Source: Candidatus Dojkabacteria bacterium
Lineage (GTDB): Bacteria; Patescibacteriota; Dojkabacteria; SC72; JAHDCA01
Length of the DNA stretch: 38,660 nucleotides
Direction: 5' to 3'
Assembly (NCBI GenBank): GCA_030583845.1
Contig: CP129478.1
Span: 473,175-511,834 of the forward strand
Each line of letters begins with the position of its first letter. Positions within the stretch are counted from its first letter, which is position 1. Under the pieces are notes generated by a model, which was not told the origin of the DNA, did no database searches, and saw only the letters and a program-made list of their open reading frames with translations. Positions 35,801-38,660 of the stretch are shown piece after piece. Position numbers and translations under genes: made by a program.

Positions 35801-38660
35801 AATCCTGCAGACAACATTGTGACATTGATAAGGGCTTACCCCCATGTATCCGAGCCGTTGCAATTGAGGCTTAGCAACTACCTTCAAGACTACTACACTG
35901 CTTATTTTGCTACGAATACATATACCGATGTCGGATGGATTGAAGGCTCGGAAAGAGAGGCTTTTGCACTTGCCGATGATTTCCAAGCAAGCATCAATGC
36001 GAATGCAGCCTCGTTAAGATCAGCAATAACTACTCAGCGAACAACTTTCCCGCAAAGGAATATATATGCAATGTATAAATACGCAAAATGGCTCGATGAT
36101 ACAGAGGTAGGCGACTCTCAGGATATTCTTGACGTCTATAATGATGCCAGAGCGAGAATTCGCTATCCGTTTAGCTATATGAACTCTCTAGGGTGTGTAA
36201 ACGGAGCGACTGGGATTTCATACAATGTGTCAATACCGATATGGCACTACTACGGAGAACACCCGTATGAGCTAAATCAGGATCTTGCAGGGTACTACGG
36301 ATTTAGAGAACTACAGATATTAGCAGGTCAAACAAATGACTCGCAGTATCCCGCAGCAAATATCCAGAGTCAATTGGATGCTCTCATCCAGCACAAGAAG
36401 GATACATTTACACGCGGTAGCTGGTGGATAGACAACAGTTATGTACCAGGTGCAATGCCCTGTCTTCCAACTGAAACCAGAAACTACCAGAAAAAGGAGT
36501 TTGATGTATCACGTAACTTCGTATGGATGGTCCCTGAAATGGCTACCTATCTCAAAGGAAATATTGAGATGAAGGAAGCAATCCATGAATATGACATCGT
36601 TGGGGCATATTGGTTTGCTTCAAAGTATGAAGGAATGGTAGGAGAGGGGGTTCGGTCCGCACTGTTCAATTATGAAGGGATGTTCAAAGCGAAGGCTTAT
36701 ATTGAAGGATCAACAGCATCTGATCTATACGAGTATCTTGACACCCCTGCATTCGCTGTCGGTGATATGTTCTATATTGATAACATTATTACAGTCTTGG
36801 AGACGAATAATACGATTCCAGGCTCTAATTCTGCTCCCCAAGTCGATGCAGGTGGTACATTTAGTGCTGCTATAAACAGGGAGTATAAGCTTGAAGGATA
36901 TGCTACTGACGATGGTCTGCCAAATTACCCAGGCACGGCTACCTTTACCTGGAGCAAGCAAAGCGGTCCGGGTACAGTTACTTTCTCAAATATAAATGAT
37001 GCTGATAGCAAGGTTACCTTTGATCAGCAAGGTACCTATGTACTACGCTTAACTGTGTCTGACAGTGCTGTCACGGCATATGATGATGTGACTGTAAATG
37101 TTGATAATATCCCACCTGTAGCAAGCTTTACTGCAACTCCTACTGGTGGCTTCATACCGTTGCTTATACAATTTGACGCATCTGGATCTGTAGATAGTGA
37201 TGGATCTGTTGTCTCGTACGCATGGGAGTTCGGTGATGGTGGTGTCGGCAGTGGGGTTACCACCTCACGTACATATAATCACATTGACGATTTCACAGTG
37301 CGTTTGACAATCACTGATGACGATGGGGCGACACATACAACTACTTCAATAGTATCACCTACCGATGTTGGCTATCCAACATCAGTATTCACTGTAAGTC
37401 CGACGACAAGCGGTACTGCTCCATTCTCAATTAATGTTGATGGAACCGGATCATATGACACAGGAGGCTCAATCGCTTCATATCAGTGGAGGTGGGGTGA
37501 CGGTGAGTCTGCAGGCTCGGGCTCGACCTCCTCTCACACCTACACCATTCCGGGGACATATCTACTTGAATTGGTCGTAACAGATAATCAAGGTATTCAA
37601 GATTCATCGTCGACTGTAATAACTGTCACACAGGGCGGAGGAGGTGGCAATCAGTCGCCTAACGCAAGCTTTACAGCTAATCCACAATCGGGGACGGCAC
37701 CTCTTACTGTAACAGTGAATGGTGGTGGATCCACTGATGGTGACGGAACGATATCAAGCTACTCATGGAACTGGGGAGATGGTACATCCAATGGAACTGG
37801 AGCTAGCACCACTCATCAATATACAAATGCTGGGACGTATACAATTACCTTAACAGTAACAGATAATGGCGGAGCTACAGATACAGCTGCAATAAGTATT
37901 ACTGTGAACAACGCCGGTAATCAGCTCCCAAATGCCAGTTTTACTACAAACCCGCAAAGTGGTACAGCCCCACTTGAAGTATTGGTGAATGGTAGTGGTT
38001 CAACAGATAGTGATGGGACAATTGTAAGCTATTCATGGAATTGGGGTGATGGAACATCTAACGGAAGCGGGGTAAATGCAAGCCACGAATACGCAGACCC
38101 TGGTAGTTATACAATAACATTGACAGTTACGGATAACGGAGGTGCCACAGATACGGCAACGACGAACGTTACCGCAACCTCAACCACTGGTGAAAATATG
38201 CATCCCACAGCACAAGCATACTTTGCCAATTACAGCACCACAAATAATCGCACCGTATTTACCGGCACCCGTTCATTTGATCCAGATGGGACTATTGTCA
38301 CAAAAGAGTGGGACTTTAACAATGATGGGACATTTGATGCAACTGGGAACTCGGTAAACTTCACAACAACGGTTGACGGAACATATGTTGTCACGCTGAA
38401 AGTGACCGACGATGATGGTGGGGAGGATATAGACACGCTCACATTTATTCGGAACTCTGTTGGTGGTCATCTATACTACCCGATAGCCAACTATGATATC
38501 TCCTCTGCGGCCAATTCAACTCTGGACTATGGGCAATTGGTTAATGGCTCTGTGACGATGAACTTTATGCATCACCCTTATTCAGGTGATATGTTGCAAA
38601 CAACTTCGCCTTGGGTACCGTCTTCAGCCAGAATTACCTTGTACGAGTGGGATTTTAATG
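32834..38660 (+). CDS. Giant N-terminally anchored exoprotein, 5' partial (1942 codons in the window, no stop): cadherin/Ig-like, PQQ-type beta-propeller repeats, PKD-like repeats, ~560-aa repeat-free domain, then further PKD-like repeats
   Basis: Missing from the ORF track because it has no stop. I translated the frame from ATG 32834 (MEKLIMVNKLLKNRKIQLLIAVLLVVTLGGVLL...) and met no stop through 38659. Frame checks at 34685, 35102 and 37223 agree. PQQ-like blades are LYALDATTGLVAWKF, KKLYALDVSTGTQL and YAYAYNVSTGAQIWK. PKD cores lie at 34640-35110 and 37111-38450. Confidence 0.85.
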   Translation, partial: MEKLIMVNKLLKNRKIQLLIAVLLVVTLGGVLLTQSRINSNFIRSTLGLNNPSEEGESNSDDTQSGVVQPDAEPVPSGVPNSDSGNSSGRGESGPEGAPVDIPNDVPQANNTFAVTSMNEAVSITLSYVDYKEGSSGANRIFNITGNPSNGSLSGTGSTRTYTPSSNFSGTDTVTWTVSDGTYTSTPGTVKIVVQDETYTDGWYTVGANSQRTSWVGESVTNSTGMLWYTPVQAYITQHTQIIASDGKLFISTAKGLYALDATTGLVAWKFNTEMPIGNSPTVFDDVVYVGGYDKKLYALDVSTGTQLSSGSWPFADATAGYSANPLVIRDSHTNNQTVIIAPNRDGYVYFIGGKNHPNEGDSFRTINIGAPMSFSPAYKDGIVYFAAQDNYAYAYNVSTGAQIWKSPKLRGDGFQSYFPVIYDDMLFLSRAHDEVYEDTGNRVSCTWNVNEDNPGTVAPGKMLGTITTPSNWSNGNPITSFGNTLLECLEDNINNANPSAGGHQHKSHIRGYIVLDMDNGTEVRMWDHDSDGFLEYFPAIMDGTGSGNRQPGLVDPGGNLFYSTQSALCCSDAKGMIYGWDKDYPYNFSMTAGYPSNFAFRGNTSVDPNGDTMTYSWNFDDGTTSTSQNPSKGYKPVKHTYNVTLTVTDSQGNSSTDTQMLKVPYDPSENQYPIARFTANSYSGSAPLNVSFNGSTSWDPLNTNALTYAWDFNGDAITDSTASAPSYNFSSNGTYNVTLTVTDPEGLTDTATGRIVVGSSPGNQPPWARINMLFTGITWQGAGWHAMAEPQALSGGGNVIYRNLCCDRIGDWSSIYNSSNLPRQSGTLWDYNNSLNLQTDDGYLAYWQRYPFTSGLYNWYQGYEDEYVDNSYDEYTYVATNGIYNNHGDQNPIIPYNGRLYVHRGNTIIAFGPGGGSATENPHVTAVDVETTTAVNTSALQIKLETEVAKILNVYDSLGKVGNARFLRPGDYTMSQWSYESIVGEYFQNPADNIVTLIRAYPHVSEPLQLRLSNYLQDYYTAYFATNTYTDVGWIEGSEREAFALADDFQASINANAASLRSAITTQRTTFPQRNIYAMYKYAKWLDDTEVGDSQDILDVYNDARARIRYPFSYMNSLGCVNGATGISYNVSIPIWHYYGEHPYELNQDLAGYYGFRELQILAGQTNDSQYPAANIQSQLDALIQHKKDTFTRGSWWIDNSYVPGAMPCLPTETRNYQKKEFDVSRNFVWMVPEMATYLKGNIEMKEAIHEYDIVGAYWFASKYEGMVGEGVRSALFNYEGMFKAKAYIEGSTASDLYEYLDTPAFAVGDMFYIDNIITVLETNNTIPGSNSAPQVDAGGTFSAAINREYKLEGYATDDGLPNYPGTATFTWSKQSGPGTVTFSNINDADSKVTFDQQGTYVLRLTVSDSAVTAYDDVTVNVDNIPPVASFTATPTGGFIPLLIQFDASGSVDSDGSVVSYAWEFGDGGVGSGVTTSRTYNHIDDFTVRLTITDDDGATHTTTSIVSPTDVGYPTSVFTVSPTTSGTAPFSINVDGTGSYDTGGSIASYQWRWGDGESAGSGSTSSHTYTIPGTYLLELVVTDNQGIQDSSSTVITVTQGGGGGNQSPNASFTANPQSGTAPLTVTVNGGGSTDGDGTISSYSWNWGDGTSNGTGASTTHQYTNAGTYTITLTVTDNGGATDTAAISITVNNAGNQLPNASFTTNPQSGTAPLEVLVNGSGSTDSDGTIVSYSWNWGDGTSNGSGVNASHEYADPGSYTITLTVTDNGGATDTATTNVTATSTTGENMHPTAQAYFANYSTTNNRTVFTGTRSFDPDGTIVTKEWDFNNDGTFDATGNSVNFTTTVDGTYVVTLKVTDDDGGEDIDTLTFIRNSVGGHLYYPIANYDISSAANSTLDYGQLVNGSVTMNFMHHPYSGDMLQTTSPWVPSSARITLYEWDFN
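37111..38170 (+). repeat. Four tandem PKD-like coding repeats in the third giant gene, split by a poly-Gly run at ~37633-37647
   Basis: Repeat starts are at ~37111, ~37375, ~37650 and ~37920. The last two are very similar to each other (NASFTANPQSGTAPLTVTVNGGGSTDGDGTISSYSWNWGDGTSNGTG versus NASFTTNPQSGTAPLEVLVNGSGSTDSDGTIVSYSWNWGDGTSNGSG). Confidence 0.8.

Overview
The window reads as an origin-proximal chromosomal segment of a small-genome bacterium. A CPR/Patescibacteria-like lineage is my inference only. The genetic code is standard, because TGA terminates well-supported genes. All family calls come from motif recognition by eye; no searches were run.

Gene order, left to right:
- a 7TM membrane-protein fragment translationally coupled to a 524-aa orphan
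- an odd tRNA-Lys(CUU)-like gene
- a divergent ALDH-superfamily gene
- an 814-bp ORF-poor, locally GC-rich, highly structured block
- a frameshifted polyprenyl diphosphate synthase
- dnaA, then a DnaA-box/AT-rich predicted oriC carrying one small opposite-strand ORF, then dnaN
- an OmpR-type regulator with a degenerate receiver
- two membrane proteins
- tRNA-Ser(CGA), followed by tandem ~158-bp structured units that each begin with a copy of the tRNA 3' end
- orphan proteins of 280 and 940 aa flanking two HAD hydrolases
- an RRM-type RNA-binding protein, an AI-2E-family permease, gdhA, two small orphans, and gatCAB
- a >13.5-kb operon of three giant, N-terminally anchored PKD-repeat exoproteins. 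The third (32834 to the window end) is absent from the ORF track because it has no stop in the window.

I saw no CRISPR array, transposase, integrase, reverse transcriptase or rRNA.

The three most unusual loci are the giant exoprotein operon, the tRNA-Ser-linked repeat units, and the structured block at 3760-4573.
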